DNA of 64,000 nucleotides from Lophium mytilinum (Eukaryota): NCBI GenBank assembly GCA_010093605.1, contig MU004189.1, positions 813,834 to 877,833 of the forward strand, read 5' to 3'. Shown piece by piece: positions 61,441 to 64,000 of this stretch (position 1 is its first letter; each line of letters starts with the position of its first letter). The notes under the pieces were generated by a model. It saw only the letters and a program-made list of their open reading frames with translations, ran no database searches and was not told where the DNA came from. The position numbers and the translations under genes were made by a program.

Positions 61441-62247
61441 ACCACATACATTATAAACATATAGGGAAAACTTTGGGGCTGAATTCGCGCTCCACTGCCG
61501 TATCCCTGCCATTCGCCGCCGTGGTTTCCCTCACTTTCTTATAGGTCTCTCCACACGAAAGATTCTCAGTTGCAGCCAGCTAGCTTCACGGTCTTACCCG
61601 CAAGTCGCGCATTGATTCTAATAGGCTGAAGTGTGGACGATGCAATAAGAACAAGTACCAGCCGCAGATATCGACCAATATCAAGACCAAGGGACTTGAG
61701 GAGTTCGCTAAGGCTCAGCGTTCCAATCCAGATGGGTGGCAGAGCTCTCACGCGGTGACAGCCCAACGAGCTCACGGAGTCCACGAAAGAGGAGGTCGCG
61801 AAGGCTCAGCGCTCCAACCCGGAGAGTTGCGACTGCGAGCCGCTCAAGTCGTCTGGTCTTGCCGCATACATTCACTCCTGTGTATTGCGTGGTTCACCGT
61901 CACACCTCCCCTTTCATTCGTCATCCGATCGCACATCAACAACAGGCATGCCGGACCTCAGCAAAATCAACACAATCAAGAGTTGCACGTCCGGATCAGT
62001 GAGTCATTAATTTATATGCACTGCTTGAGAGACCTTATCACTTATTGGATACGCAGAATAGCGTATTCGGAGTCTTTGCGCGGGTGTTCGCTCACGGGCA
62101 CGCCTACTCAATGTGATCGAGGACAACTTCCACTGCACGCATACGCTCCTTCCGCAAATCCAACCACAACAATGGCCGTCTCTTTCTTTCTCACGATGGC
62201 GTCCCTCCATCCCTCAGTCATCCTCTTCATCATTCACACTGCCAGCC

Positions 62248-62689
62248 ATGCTTTCTCGCGACGAGCTTGCCATTCTCTTCAAACCCAAGCACCACAGTTG
62301 GTCTACGGGCTCAGTAAGGCGTAAGATCTTATCGACGCCTAATGGCAGGTCTCTTAGCCCTCAGGATCTCCGCCGCCAGGTCAAGAACTGCCTTGATTAT
62401 CTTCGGTCGGTCAAGAAGAAGAGAGCTCGCATCTACGCTACTGCAAGTAGCCTCCGTCACGCAATCAATTAACCTGATGGAGTGCTAACTTTTGAATCAG
62501 GAACGTGCCAACGCCTTCAACCCAGGCTTGTCACGATCGGACTCGCCCGAGCTTCTTCAGTCCGAGAATGACGACGATGCATCCCGCTCGAGTGGCTCTG
62601 TCGATCCCTCGCAGCATACTGCATCCCGTTCGAGTGGCTCTGTCGAGGCCCCGAGATGCAAGCGGCTTCGGGAAGATGGAAAGCAATAG
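62248..62689 (+). CDS. Small orphan protein (~127 aa), putative GC-AG intron 62443-62500
   Basis: GCCATG start. ACT|GCAAGT...GCTAAC...CAG|GAA joins two ORFs in frame. Basic first half and a duplicated ASRSSGSV. Confidence 0.5.
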
Positions 62690-62925
62690 AGACGGGTACT
62701 AGCCTAGAAAGAAACAGTGAGACTAGTCGAGACGGAAGATTGGTATTCAATACAAAAATAGACACCTCAGAAAAGTGATGGGGGTGAGATTGGGGGCGAA
62801 ACCTAAGTACTGAATCCTTATTCGTGTTACCGCAGAGTCGAAAGGCTTCAGAGCAGCAATGTTTAAAAGGATTTGATGATGCAGAAGTGAGAACATGATT
62901 TGCATTTCTAAGCTATGGTACAACC

Positions 62926-64000
62926 CTACTCGTTCTCCGGTCGCACATTCCAGCCCTTACGCGCAACACCGAACTCCTCCTTGCGTCCGCGCTTCGGAGC
63001 CACCGGGACTTGGTTAGCTGACGGTTCGGCCTGTGAAATCTCGAACCCTCGAGTTTTGGCCGGGGGGGCGTCCGAGTGGTTTGGGTTATGCGTATTCGCT
63101 ACCTTCTTCTTCTGCTGCACGATGTTGTGGTTGTGGTCCCTCTCCTCAATGTAAGACCAGTGTAACTGGCGACGGACTCGAACATGGTCATGACCGAAGG
63201 TGCAATCCGACTTCCAGCATGTGTCTCGATTGACGATGAGCTGCTTGCAGTGGGGCAGGATGTGGTAGACCATCTTGCTGCCGGAGGGGTCCTCAGGGTC
63301 GGCGTGCTCGAAATCTGGGCAAGCGCATTTGCCTTTTGTGAAAGCGTGGCAGAGTTTGTAGCGGTGACAGTGACCGAACGGGCCTGGGTTGCCGGCACTG
63401 CGCGCCTTCTTGTCGGCCTTGGTCATCCTGCGACAAGATTGGCCCTCGACATTCTCGGGACAGCAGTGCGCGAGTACCTCCAGGTACTTGGAAGAAGACT
63501 CTGCGAAGTCCAAGCGACGTTTGAGACAGGCCACAAGTCTGGGCACACTGGTACGCCACTGCTTGGGGTACCCCCACAGGGTTTCCAGGATCTGAGGGCG
63601 ATGTCAAGCTTCCAGCAGTTCATATTAGAGTCTCTCTTGATTAACTGGATGTGCAGCAACCAGGGTACCCCCAACAGTGGTGTCCTCCCAGGAGATAAGG
63701 TCGGCAGCGTAGTCAGGGAATGCAGTCGACGGAAGTTTGGTCGACAGCGACGCGCTTTGCGGAAGAAGACTTCGCTCTTGGTTTTTCTTGCGTGCTTGGG
63801 GGACCTCAGACGGTGGCAGCCAGGTTTCAAAGCGGGCACAAACAACATTCAAAATACAACCGGCACGATGTTTGTGTAAGATTCCGGCTTAGGGAAGTAT
63901 TGGGTCTGATTCGCACATCGTGACTCTTGACATCGCTTCTCGAAATTTTCGCCTGCTTGGAGGACTTCAGACAGTGCCAGCCAGATATCAAAATGGGCAT
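62926..64000 (-). CDS. CCCH-type zinc-finger-like protein (5' part uncertain, runs off window or is degenerate)
   Basis: LCHAFTKGKCACPDFEH and HCKQLIVNRDTCWKSDCTFGH resemble CCCH fingers. The upstream frame has two stops near 63600-63630 that are either intronic or disabling. Confidence 0.55.

Larger units (their letters stand above)
60370..61460 (+). pseudogene. Stop-riddled relic of a repeat-containing gene with RIP-like transitions
   Basis: One frame reads (TPN)n...DKVSLGVLEADLVERDWDDEEKMRRVFERMAAALLLEC with scattered stops. After a probable intron or frameshift it continues KYIAYLEKHPALTP-(ESTTPIDEDRYEAP)n. Confidence 0.55.

Overview
This is eukaryotic, intron-rich DNA from a filamentous ascomycete (Pezizomycotina; a finer assignment cannot be proven from the window). 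Most of it is a dense housekeeping block. In order it holds the RAD3/XPD 3' end, protoporphyrinogen oxidase, an SLC25 carrier, a Gbp2/Hrb1-like RNA-binding protein, a DHA1 MFS transporter with a Zn2Cys6 factor, primase PRI1, a DUF1917 protein, allantoinase, NAD-glutamate dehydrogenase, a Lys/Ala-rich H1-like protein, RTG2, a DUF4449-like protein, malic enzyme, RFT1, ATG7, dCMP deaminase and PRP6. Four things stand out. (1) A 5-exon, ~898-aa secreted protein (2740-5654, minus) has two Cys-motif modules, a Kex2-like site and a C-terminal TEHVYE...INGMK domain, making it a candidate fungal polymorphic nuclease toxin. (2) The malic enzyme has an in-frame upstream mitochondrial-type presequence and a C-terminal PTS1-like AHL. 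(3) Several splicing oddities occur: GC-AG introns, an 8-nt microexon, a stop-free 3n intron in PRP6 and a probable GAG acceptor. (4) The right end (60.2-64 kb) is accessory, with a repeat-bearing relic carrying RIP-like transitions, plus orphan genes. No rRNA, tRNA, CRISPR array or intact transposon was recognised. Exon boundaries were read by eye and no database searches were run.
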